Assembly (NCBI RefSeq): GCF_003704095.1
Contig: NW_020847607.1
Span: 124,001-188,000 of the forward strand
Direction of reading: 5' to 3'
Origin: Pocillopora damicornis
Lineage: Eukaryota
DNA: 64,000 nt
Part shown: positions 11,001-21,138 of the stretch, one piece after another
How the letters are laid out: every line of letters begins with the position of its first letter
Numbering within the stretch: position 1 is the stretch's first letter
Made by a program: the position numbers and the translations under genes
Notes under the pieces: model-generated
What the model was told of the DNA's origin: nothing
Databases searched by the model: none
The model's input: the letters and a program-made list of their open reading frames with translations, nothing else

Positions 11001-12172
11001 AAGAAGGAGGAGCAGTTCCAAATATGGCCAGTGTGGCACCAAATAGACGAAACGAGTATGATAGCGGGGTTGTGAAGGTCACCCCCCCGCGACTAAACTT
11101 CCCTAAAGTGCATCCCATATCCTACTCACCAGTGGAAGAGTCTACTTTATAATAAATTAATCGAAAAAAATCGCAATACTTTATTTATTTTCTCAACTGA
11201 GGCTCTTATGGAAGTCCTAGTACGAGTTCCAGCCGCTATCATGTCTGTTGGTTCCCTTTAAATTTGTTATACATCATAGATTCAAAATGGTAGTTCCGTG
11301 AAAGAAACAGGATTTGAAGTCTTGAGGGGCAGATTCTTCTATTCCTATTCATTTTGCGGATCATGCTTAATTCCTTGCCAAATAACATTACCTGACACAT
11401 ATTTTTTGTTTATGACAACTGACGGATGAAAATTAATATTTACGAAATAGGGTGTTGTGTGACACAATCCATGTCACACAATCTTTTTCAACAAAACGTC
11501 ATGCCTTCCACGAACGGTCGCACAAAATAATGCATATTCAACATGCTTGCCTTATTTTCAAAGCGTTCGATGACATCGTAACATATGTGAGATCTGCCTT
11601 TCACTGATAACTCTAGCGATCGGCGCCGTCGCAAAATTTCTCAGCGAAGCGAAGTTTCCGTAGCTCAAGTCAACGACTACAATCGATTCGTTGTTTAAAA
11701 AAGATTACACTCCATGTTACACGGTATTCAGGAGAAAAAAAACATAGAAATCGAATAGAATGATGTAAGTATTCGTCAGCTAACGAGAAGTATTGTAAAA
11801 TATCGTCATATTTTACAATTTCAAAGTTTGAACGGGCAAGGTTTTATTAAATGGAGAATTGCCAAGATGGTCAGATTTCGATTAATTTTGTAATCTTTGC
11901 CCATAACCCTTCGCTAAATCCGTGGATTAGTAAATTATAATGACTCATTTCGATGGAAGTTTCTTAATAGAAACTTAAATTCCCCTCTGTTAAGCACAAA
12001 ACTCTTTTCTTTATCCTTGCACAAATTAAAGTCTAACACATCTCGCGTGAGCTAAAATTTATACGATAGCGTTATTATTTTCAGTCATGAATATTCATTA
12101 CTCACGGGCGCGTATTCTTGCGAGAAGCAATCCGAAGACAAATACCGTCGTTAATGCCTTCAATGGAGCCAT
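204..12172 (-). CDS. Gene A: fibrillar collagen alpha chain with WAP/VWA N-propeptide (5' part; continues past position 1)
   Basis: Phase-consistent GT-AG exons: 12172-12106 (signal peptide MAPLKALTTVFVFGLLLARIRA), 10887-10726 (WAP1), 10376-10033 + 9535-9283 (VWA1), 8847-8281 (VWA2), 6721-6557 (WAP2), 5952-5392 (VWA3), 5266-5054 (WAP3), 4534-4191 + 3172-2935 (VWA4), 2432-2416 (17 nt, AEKMST), 1888-1847, 1745-1692, 1578-1462 (minor helix then GGGGGGNIGSLRPQGEKGPAN), 964-902 (NEKGPAVPPVILPRQQQQARQ), 668-624 (45 nt), 388-335 (54), 257-204 (54). Minor helix + telopeptide + 45/54-nt exons is the fibrillar collagen layout. Confidence 0.9.
1998..2256 (-). other. Candidate alternative terminal exon of gene A (VSA-stop plus AATAAA)
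   Basis: Minus strand reads gctaac...ctcttcacgattgttcacag|GTG AGT GCT TAA (stop 2247-2245), with AATAAA at 2003-1998 followed by a U-rich tract. Phase 0, compatible with the upstream 17-nt exon. Confidence 0.45.
2935..4534 (-). other. Gene A VWA domain 4 (two exons, degenerate MIDAS)
   Basis: VCSKQFDLTIAIENSAR...THVAIVSYG...GARNGTNK|TVVLITAG...TVCEG; exons of 344 and 238 nt. Confidence 0.9.
3652..3968. repeat. Degenerate ~21-bp minisatellite with palindromic core
   Basis: About 14 units like tccaaaatcGGACACTAGTG; core GACACTAGTGTC is a perfect palindrome. Confidence 0.85.
4563..4637. repeat. Short 24-bp AT-rich tandem repeat
   Basis: tacaataatat(c/t)acaataagttat, about 3 copies. Confidence 0.7.
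5054..5266 (-). other. Gene A WAP domain 3 exon with extended loop
   Basis: EKPGKCPAVDATPDPLACQVEQPDPEETIVCGLSANGSGFSENYDWDCPGETKCCLDPQTGCFQVCLEPQN; 8 Cys; ctcag acceptor and gtaagt donor. Confidence 0.88.
5392..5952 (-). other. Gene A VWA domain 3 (single 561-nt exon, degenerate MIDAS)
   Basis: CFVPMDVAIAVDNSDA...VRFSLLEYG...GGIRHGHPRYLVFVSSG...KMCT. Confidence 0.9.
6557..6721 (-). other. Gene A WAP domain 2 exon
   Basis: GKVGKCPLPPLLPSLGCPRTLKEECEVDADCNSGGGSPLCCPNSCGGRQCL; 8 Cys; phase 1-1. Confidence 0.9.
6862..7334. mobile_element. TTAA-type MITE hosting the 32-bp array
   Basis: Ends taaccctaattccc ... tcacttctgagagttaatggttaa; flanks align with the element at 49741-49928. Confidence 0.6.
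6929..7272. repeat. 32-bp minisatellite, ~10.7 near-identical copies
   Basis: AGTAACGAGAACTTGTTTTCAAAGTTT(A/C)AATT starting at 6929, 6961, 6993 ... 7249; no spacers. Confidence 0.95.
8022..8054. repeat. (TG)n microsatellite
   Basis: Run of about 16 TG units. Confidence 0.95.
8281..8847 (-). other. Gene A VWA domain 2 (single 567-nt exon, MIDAS lost)
   Basis: CSEPVDVVFGIPTSRS...VHVGLITYS...GVRQSKPKVFVLIV...VLCK. Confidence 0.9.
9283..10376 (-). other. Gene A VWA domain 1 (two exons, intact MIDAS)
   Basis: DFAFILDGSGS...GKTFIDKAL...GMRPDVKQ|IALVVTDG; exons of 344 and 253 nt. Confidence 0.92.
10726..10887 (-). other. Gene A WAP domain 1 exon (phase 1-1, 162 nt)
   Basis: QFVCPKVTKYGAECPLDVDNECESDQACSAGLKCCPSIFDDEACQLLCLEP: 8 Cys in the four-disulfide-core spacing; not in the ORF track frame. 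Confidence 0.9.
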
Positions 12173-13138
12173 GTTTCCAGGATCTTTGTAGAAACCAAAG
12201 CGCTGAAGTTTGGTCAGGATGTTGTCAAATTCATCCCGCTTTTACTGAGGCCAGGCAAGGCCGCGAGAGTAGAATAGTGGTCTTTGTGAGGTAACATGAT
12301 ACTTGACTGACTGAATCTGTAGTCATGGAGTGGAGCCGTCTGCAGGTCTTCGATCACCGCGGTGTTTCTATCGTTCTAGTTTCAGTGTGATGGTTTCAGC
12401 TTCTGTGTGACTAGCAAGGGGCATTATACTTCCTACAGCTCGAAGATGTTAGTTAAAATGACAGCTGTCCCAAGAGAGATATCAAGGATTTTTCTAAGGG
12501 AGCTGTCAGATTTGCGTTAAAATGAATTGACTCCGAAGACCAATTGAAATATTTGGTACATGCAGCTGAACAAATATCAAAAGATAAAGCCAAATTATCA
12601 ATGGCATTAAGCTCGCAAACCCTGACACACCTACTCCCCCCCCCCTCCAAAAAAAATTAAACAAATAAATAAATAGATTAATTTATAATTTAAAATATAC
12701 TAAGTAATTAGCGTGAGGACGTGTCAATACTGTGACAACCGCGCATAAACAGTGCCAATTGATTGTATTAGATAAAACATCTACGACAGGCCGTAAAAAA
12801 ATCGGTTTGGCATGTTTTGCATAGCCAAGAAACCAGGCCAGGAGCAGGAGTAAGCGGGGAATCATATAGCTTGTTCTTAGCTGAAGCACAGGGTCTGAAA
12901 AGAGGATGTAGGCTCACGGTTATTATAAGTTGTACATACTCGTTAGAAAATTAACGTGGAACGTCCAGTTGGTCCTGAAGACTAGAGAAAGTCGTAGGTT
13001 GAACTCTGAAGCAGTGGGTGGAGAGAGAGGGAGGCGCTTTTTGTAGCATTTGGGTTAGGAAGTATGCCAGGATTTTTATTGTCATTGGCTATGAGTCAAC
13101 TTGACGAAGAGAGAATCAGTTGCACCCCAGTACCCCTG

Positions 13139-13255
13139 AACTCTTTAACTCCCGTGAGTGACCATGACAGAATTTCTCCTTACCATATCTAAACTGATAT
13201 CATGCAGACAAGCAATGAGAATTAAGAAAAGTATCAATTATAGGATTACTAATAA
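13139..13255 (+). mobile_element. Truncated copy of the 38794 MITE
   Basis: ctttaactcccgtgagtgaccatgacagaatttctccttac matches 38796 onward. Confidence 0.7.
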
Positions 13256-14062
13256 ATTAAGCGACCTCCCACATACACACTGGTATGTGCCACTAAACAG
13301 AGCATGGTTTTCGATATCTTGAACGGTAAACAGAGTGTGCAATTTCCACTGCCTAAAGTGCCAAAGAGGATCTGAGGTTTGGCCTGCTAGCCTTGAACAG
13401 ATTACGTACCTGAATGTGCACCTTTTATATGCATGCTACTTGCAGGAATTTTCGTCGCGGCAAACATAATTAATGCGCGACAGGGAAACTCTGTTTTGCG
13501 GAAAAAAGGGAAAGGAAAGCAGAACGGCAAAAAAGCGAGTCTTCTCGGGCCACATGGTTCAAGTTGGTGGTCTATTTTACTACTGATTCAATTCAAATGT
13601 TGAGACGATTTGCCATAAAAAGTCCATTTGAGAGTGAAATCATTCCACAATCAGAAGTTTTATTTTCTGGAAAGTGCGATGTAACTGCGCCTGAGTCGGC
13701 GGGCGTTGAAACAGAGGAAAAGAACATTTAAAACTCTATCTTGAATTGAAGCCTTAAAGGGGTTCGGGTTTATCTCTTTATGTGGCTTTCAGTTCACTGA
13801 TAACAATACGTCCGACTGAGCCGAAAAGTGCTCCCCTATAGCATTCAATTGAATCAACTTTTGTTCGATGTGTTTGTTAATGAAATCAACCGCTATTAGG
13901 CGGCGAAATTCTCTCACAGTCGATGACGCGTTAAATTGTCGATGTCACCAACTTGTCACGGAATGTTATTAAACTTTATCAAATCTGTTCGCTCTAAGCA
14001 TAACCTCAAACGAAAGATGTTTGTCGTCCAAAGTGGTACACGGTGAATCCGCATCAGAAATC

Positions 14063-16854
14063 ATGCGTTACACCAAACTACTTCTAATCTGCAGCGTTTT
14101 GTTCACGTCGAGAGCAGGAACGCTTGCTCAAGAAGGTATGTTATCATGGGCAGGTTTGTTTTTCTTGCACCGGAATTGAAGGACAGAAATTAACAATGTC
14201 TTCTAAGTGCATATGAACTGTAACCCGTACTGAACGTTTGCCTTCACACTGAGGACAAAATGAACGGTGACGTAAGCTGACTTAGGATCTATGTGTTTGC
14301 GCAAATGTGATCAGTTTTACAAAGCAGTTTAAATGATTGAGTCAGTGATCGATCTTCACTTGAGCCAAAAATCACTTTGAAATTCATCTCTCTTCATGGC
14401 CTTTACGTTCTTCTGAGTTTTCAACCAATTAATTTCTTTTTCGCTTGGCTTCCAACCCCTAAATGATCATTTAAATTGTTATGGCTAGACCATAGTCTGT
14501 TAGAGCAAAGCGCGTCAGATTTACACCGCATGACTTTTCGCCTCTGGAGCTGGTTCCGTTCGAAAGGGATGTGATGTTATCTTACAAACTTTTGGTTCAC
14601 TTGTCAAGTAAGTTTGACAGGTATCACGGGCATAAGTTGCTCAACACTGCTCTTCCTGAAAGCACTACATGCAAAGTTCCTAATCATTGTTCAGTCTAGG
14701 TTCGGTCCAAGATCACCATAACAAGGCTAAGAAAAATATAAAACTGATTTCTGAATGAAAAAAGAATTACTGCATTACATGATGCTTGCATTGCTTTGCA
14801 TTATTGTTGACTTAACGACTACTCTATGTAAATTAGGCCATAATGTGTGTTTTCTTCATATTCTTACTCTTGACGAACAATCTTAATTCTAATAACAACT
14901 TCTGAGTTCGTGTCAAAGTCAACAAATCGTTTTGTTTTAGAAATTCTTTGTGCGGAGCCAACAGATCTTGGAATCATTTTAGACTCATCCGATACGGCTA
15001 GCAGCAAATGGCGAGAGGTTTGTAAAGTACAATTCCTTTACCCAAAAATTCTCGCCCCAAATTGATAATCAAATACGGTTTATATAAATTATCACATTGT
15101 AAGAATTGTCTTGGTTATCTCCGTCTTATTTTTTGAGCGGCTATGAATTTTCTTTTTTTTTTTCAGAAATTTTCTGCTCTGTTTTTATTTATTCCCTTTT
15201 AAAATTTGTACAGGAAGACTAGAACAAGTAATGATGCGCCTAAGTGTTATGTCGAGCATTTCACGAAAGACTGGGCGATAACTAGTCACGTGATCGACAC
15301 TTTATAAATTGCTTTACGTCATCTACGTGCACGTTTTCTTTCGATTGTCAGGTTCTGGACTTCACCACTTCTTTGGTGGACTTTTTCAACATAGGCCGCC
15401 TAAAAAGCCATGTTGGTTTAATCACCTACAGCACAGATGCACAATTGGTTATGGACTTCAAAACTTTTGAAGGTGACCGCCTAACTCCGGAAAATGTGAA
15501 AGACCTCATCGAAAAAGTAGTGCCGACCGGAGGTGACCGCTACATTGACAAGGCGCTAAAATTGGCGAATGAAAGACTGTTTACTGCAGAGGCGGGAATG
15601 AGGGTGAATAAAAGTGACATGAAAAAGGTCTGTCAAGAAAGTCTCACGGCGCAATAATTTTACAGCAGAACCAGAAAAATAAGGCAAATTTTGCACAAGG
15701 AGTATTGAAAGCTATATCTCTATATTTCTTTTGGTACGCTTTACTAGCGATGTCAGCAAGGTCAGTGGGCTAAAAACTCTCAATCACGCGCAATAAATTA
15801 TATCCTGTTTTCCTTTCATGTCTGGTTTGAGTTATTATACTGGCTCTCTAAATTTTTCCAGAGTTTGCTGTTGCGAAAACTTCAGCCGTTGTGATCATTT
15901 TAGTCACTTAAGTTGGGTTTATCCATCTCCTTTTATAAAGATAACTCTTAAGTTATCATGAAAATTACTGCGCTATTTGAAAACGAAACATTTTAATATT
16001 TTTTTGTCGTTTTATTCACAGATTATGATTCTGTTAACCACTGGTAAACAAACAGGCCAACAAAGCAGTGTCAAGTCATTACAGGAGGCGTCTGAGCCTC
16101 TGCGAAACAAAGGAATCAAGATTTATGTTGTGGCAGTTGGGAATAAGGAAGATATCGATGAAGATGAGCTGATAGAAATTGCAGGCGCTCGAGAAAATGT
16201 TATTACCGCGGAATCATACGACCAACTTGTAAACTTGGCAGAGGAAATATCCAAAGTTGCTTGTGGTACGAAAATTGAGTTCGTCTTGAGCATAATGATA
16301 TCAAAATCGTTATAGGCCAACAAAATCTTTAGAATACACGTCTTGTCGAGTATGAGCACATTTGCGATTTTCCTGTGAAAATATAAGCTTCAAATATCAG
16401 CTAAGATTGCCAATACCTCCATAGCAACGTCTAGCCATCGAACGACGCTCTCGGTCGTGAGCTCTAGGTACGAAAATGATCGAACCCTGGACCACCTCAA
16501 TTGCGACCAGATTCTCTACATATTTTACTGATCGTCTCCTAAATTTTATTTTTGTACTTTTTTCCTCCCCTTTCTGTAGGAATAAAGCTTATGGAGGTAA
16601 GCTATCATTCATTAGATGAGTTCCTCGCAATAGATATCTGATATGGAAGGCAGCCTCTGACAACATCCAGTAACTCGTCTCATTTGACATGCGCGTTACT
16701 GGTCGTGACTTCACTAAAGGCGACCAAGAAGTCGCCAGTAGTGAAAAAAAACAATATATCATTCTAAAATCCCAAAGAACAATTAATTTGCTTATTTGCG
16801 TTCATCTGTCTCTATACATTGCGTGTTTTGCAAGTTTTGAGGTTTTAGCTCTGA
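14063..16854 (+). CDS. Gene B: small secreted single-VWA protein (helix-less; 3' end tentative)
   Basis: Exons 14063-14135 (MRYTKLLLICSVLFTSRAGTLAQE), 14941-15017 (EILCAEPTDLGIILDSSDT...), 15352-15627, 16022-16265 (IMILLTTG...KVAC), 16580-16596 (17 nt, GIKLME), and a probable terminal acceptor at 16849 giving L-stop. All phases are compatible. Confidence 0.85.
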
Positions 16855-17134
16855 CAGCTTTGGTGAAGCCTTGGTTGATAATATCCAGCAACTTTGTCAA
16901 CGGAAGTTTACTCGGTGAGTGAACAAAATAATTTTTACCTCTTGGCAGTTTCTTACTTCTCTCAGACAAAGTATTGGCCATCAAATTTATTATTCCGTCT
17001 GTGTTCCTTTTTTTCAGTATGATCTGGAAAACAAAACAACCATTTTGGCGACGTGATAGAGTGACCGCAGACCACTTGAGAATTACTGTTATCACACTGG
17101 GTCTGGGAAAGAAGACAACATTTGTTAGCCATGA

Positions 17135-17234
17135 NNNNNNNNNNNNNNNNNNNNNNNNNNNNNNNNNNNNNNNNNNNNNNNNNNNNNNNNNNNNNNNNNN
17201 NNNNNNNNNNNNNNNNNNNNNNNNNNNNNNNNNN
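17135..17234. other. Assembly gap (others: 34948-34993, 42580-42979, 57086-57149)
   Basis: Runs of N. Confidence 1.
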
Positions 17235-17878
17235 TTTGTATTAATGCAGTTGAATCTACGTTTTTCCCGTGGCAACGCGGGCTGGATTAATTTAAAGACT
17301 AGCAGTAGGTTGGAGAACTTTAATTACTGGTCACTCATCCATAAAATCAGTTTCACGTGACGAACATCGATATCGTGCCTACTGCTGACATTTGGATCGC
17401 TAGATAATTGTCACAAGGACCCATAATTAGTCAAACGCAGCTATAACTCCAGTTTGATTCTTTAATATCTAACTGGCTTTCGACATGGAGACTCGGTAGG
17501 TTACGAAGAATTCGAAGAAGCTATAGGGTTTGTAGGGTCTATCCAGTTTGGTTTTATGAAATATATTAATTTTGTCTATTGTTAGAAATTTTGATTGACG
17601 AGTACTTAATGTTCTGAACCCGACCACGGATGCCATTTATTAGGGCACCTTCATACCTTAATTTCATTGGTCAATTTTATGACGTGTGAGTCAAGATTGC
17701 GAAGCTTATGCCAATCACATTGGCCTTCAAGAATATTATCAGTGACATTATACTCCGAGAAAAATAATATCCAGGTCATATGAACACAGTGGTTTAGAAT
17801 TTACTTGAAGCGCCGTCAGTTTAGGAACGTATAACCTTGCTACAGCGAATCTCTATCCACTGTATCAAGGAAGGCAAA

Positions 17879-20800
17879 ATGCACTTGTTCACAGCTTTGG
17901 CAGTTATGGTGTCTGTGTCTTTCTTTGGGTCTTCTGTTTGCCAAGACAGCGATGAAGAAGCGTGTAAGTTTAAGAGATGCAGGTTTTATCACTGATTCTT
18001 CAAAATTATCTGATCTTTAATCTCGTAAAGGCCCAAGGCCTAAAAAGAAAAAAAAATAGGCACTAACAGTTTGTTTACATCTTTCTACGCTATTTATTTA
18101 TCCACTCATTCCAGGATTCGAACTGTACACATATTTTTCTTGTTTTAGCCATCTATGTGCTTCGAATTCGTGTAAGATAGATAGATCATGGCTGCATTGC
18201 GTTGATATGAAAACATTTGGCTTGCTTTCTTAAGGATCTTAAGGAGGAAAGGACTTTAACATGAAATTTAACCCATTGTAGGAACAGGAAGGAATTTAAC
18301 TTAGCGCAGACCGCGCTAATTATAATCGGCAATTAGTTTTTTTAGCATCATGGATGGTTGTTTCTGATGAAATATCACATTGTTACAAAGATGAAATGCG
18401 AAATAACCCTTCTGTTACTGCAAGTAGATTAATAACAAGAGTGTTCTTAAAAACACGTAGAGTAGTTAACGCATCTGTGCAGTGTATACGCTTTTTCTTT
18501 GCTAGCCATTCCTGCTGTAGTTAAGTCTAGTCGGGTCAAAAGGAATCAATTAGACACAAACCGTGCGTTAATTTTTCAATTTTTCTGCATAACGGAAACG
18601 GCGCAAATATTTCGTGAAGAAGCAGTTAAAAAAGTGTGTAATCTGCACGAATTTTTGTGATAAGCTTATTACGAAGTTGGAATAATTCGTGTACGTCCTC
18701 ATCTTACCTATTCACGAAAGGTTTTCTTTTGGGGGGTTTTTCTGGGATTGTTTGAAAAGCTGTATTTGGTGTTTTGTTTAAATTTCTGGTTTAAGAAAGT
18801 GTTTTAATTATTTAGTTTGTTATTTCAGACTGAACGATTCATTCCATCAACAGCTTCTTGAGATGCCAAAGGGGAAACGAAGTTGACCTTGTAAGCAACA
18901 GAAATTTGAATGAAGCGGTTATCAAAATAATAATATCGGTGCCAAAAAAGAGTCGAAAAGGGTGGTATATCTGTACGCAAACGGAAACACAAACTAAAAT
19001 AAGATTTAAGATCGAGTAATCCTATTTAAGAAATCAAAATATGATTTGATGTCACGACATTTTTTTTTTTTACATCGACTGGGTTTAATCAAAAATAGGA
19101 AACAGGTCTGTAAACAAAATCAAACCACTCCCCGCTCTGCTCATTTGGTTTCCGTTGTTTTTCTTTTTCTTCGTATAATCGCTTCCCACAACTAGATAAT
19201 TAACCCAAACACGAAATCTAGCGTTCTTCGAATAGTACATATGCATTGTCTTGTCGACATATGTTTTATTTATTCTCGTAGTGCAAAATTCTGGCGATTG
19301 TCCTCGACTGACGTGGCATCACCGCTGTTCATTCCCAATCGTCCACGAATGTGCGGTGGATGTGGACTGCGGGGAGACTAAAACCAAGTGTTGTTACAAC
19401 GGCTGTAAACTAACATGCCAAACAGCTGTCAAACGCAAGCATGGCAAACGTCATCGAGGATATACAAGTAAGGGACGGAAGGGGGGGGAAGAGGTGGTCG
19501 GAGGATCTTTGGAGGAACACGTTATTTTCAGGAGAATAGAGGGGGGATTAGTCATAGTCGACAAAGTATATATAAGGAGGGGAAGGAGGGGACTGTAGAA
19601 ATTTAACCATTAATAACTGACAAAGAGGGGTAATCATACGTATATTACAGAACCTTATGGGAAGATCAGGTAAATTTTATTGCGATATGACCAAAATCCT
19701 CTGATCTAACTTGTTTTTTTCTCATTTTTAAATCTATGCAGTGTGTGAAAAACCCATGGACCTCGTTTTCATGATCGACTCGTCGGAGAGTGTTGGTGTT
19801 GAAAACTTCAAAAAGATTAAAAAAATGGTAGACAGAACCCTCACCCAGTTCACCATCTCGGAGAAGAAAACCCATGTCAGTATCATAATGATTGACAGTG
19901 TGCCACACATTGAGCTGAATCTCAACACCCTTAAAGGAGACAACATCACAAGTGATAACGTCTTTAAGGTAGTTGACAACCTCAAGTTTATCAGCGGGCA
20001 GACAAGGATTGATCTGGCTCTGCGCATGGCACGTAAAGAGGTATTCTCGAAATTGGGAGGTGGAAGGAAACACGCGCAGAAGGTGAGCTTCTGGGATATC
20101 AATTAATAACATAAGTGTCTGTGCAGATTTGTATGAACAAATCGTTTTATTTTATTTTTGCGAGAATGCGGTTGCTTCTTAAATCTTGCTTTAAAATTTT
20201 GCGGGTGAATTTTGTGTGCAGGAAGTCAGAATTGACCCATTTTGCCTACATTTAAGTGCTGTGTTCGAGAGACCAGTTCGCTTGAGAGGGGGAAGGGATT
20301 TTAGGCCCTTGATCAGTTACATACACGTTTCTCTTTGTCTTTTAGATCCTTCTTGTTTTTAGCGACGGAGGACAGACGTGGAATCCAACAATGCTTAATC
20401 TTAGGAACGAAGCAGAAGACCTGATGATGGCCGGGGTGCAGATTTATCCCGTGGGAGTCTGGGCCGACGAACTGAATATGAGAACGCTTCTCGATATCAC
20501 ATCCAGCCCGGACAACTTTTTCAACGCAGAATTTTTTGGGAATCTCCTGGCACAATTGAAGAAAATTTCAAAAGCGCCTTGTTCTGGTAAGTTGTGGCTA
20601 TAGGTGTCTTATATAAAAAATGTATCCCCAAAAAGATCTTCCAAAATCGGCTCCCTCTATCTTCACACAAAGTTTCCAAAGATGATGAGCAGTACTCCGG
20701 TAATCATTTCTGAGCAAAAGTAGCTTTTTCCAGTGAATCTCACACGTATCTAACAAACCTTTTGAAACGATCTTTTTAGGTTCCCTGAAACGTTTGCTGC

Positions 20801-21138
20801 TGAAATATGGACTGAGGGGACTAACCAAGAAAGAGTGAAGTACCGCACAATTAAGGCTGGGTTGATAACCGTCAAAAATAGCACCCAAGTTATGAAAAAG
20901 TGAAATGAAATTAAATCAAAAACCAATTTTAATACACGTACTTCCTCTTTGTTTAGCCAATGAGCAGACCCTCATTGTTAGCCCTGAAGGACGTGCGTTT
21001 CTCCTTTCGCGGGAAGATTTGAGACCAATTGGGGAGATGTTTGCCAGGAGTCTGGCACTAATAATAAAATGCTACTCGCTCGCTCGCGTTTCTCGAGGCC
21101 TCATATTTTCCCCGCGAGCGAATAAAAGCTCGCACTGA
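17879..21138 (+). CDS. Gene C: secreted pro-protein SP-(RVKR)-WAP-VWA (3' end uncertain)
   Basis: Exons 17879-17963 (MHLFTALAVMVSVSFFGSSVCQDSDEEA), 18506-18562 (SIPAVVKSSRVKRNQLDTN), 19282-19467 (WAP: CPRLTWHHRCSFPIVHECAVDVDCGETKTKCCYNGCKLTC), 19742-20082 + 20346-20586 (VWA with DSSES, GQT, SDG), then an exon from 20957 (ANEQTLIVSPEG...) that either reads to the stop at 21138 or splices at gtgcgt near 20993. Confidence 0.85.

Noticed and set aside
14755-14827. Alternative signal-peptide exon for gene B (MKKELLHYMMLALLC...)
   Set aside because: Splicing to 14941 creates TAA at the junction; the 14063-14135 exon fits in frame.
18829-18890. Possible exon in gene C
   Set aside because: Stops in all three frames despite plausible splice sites.
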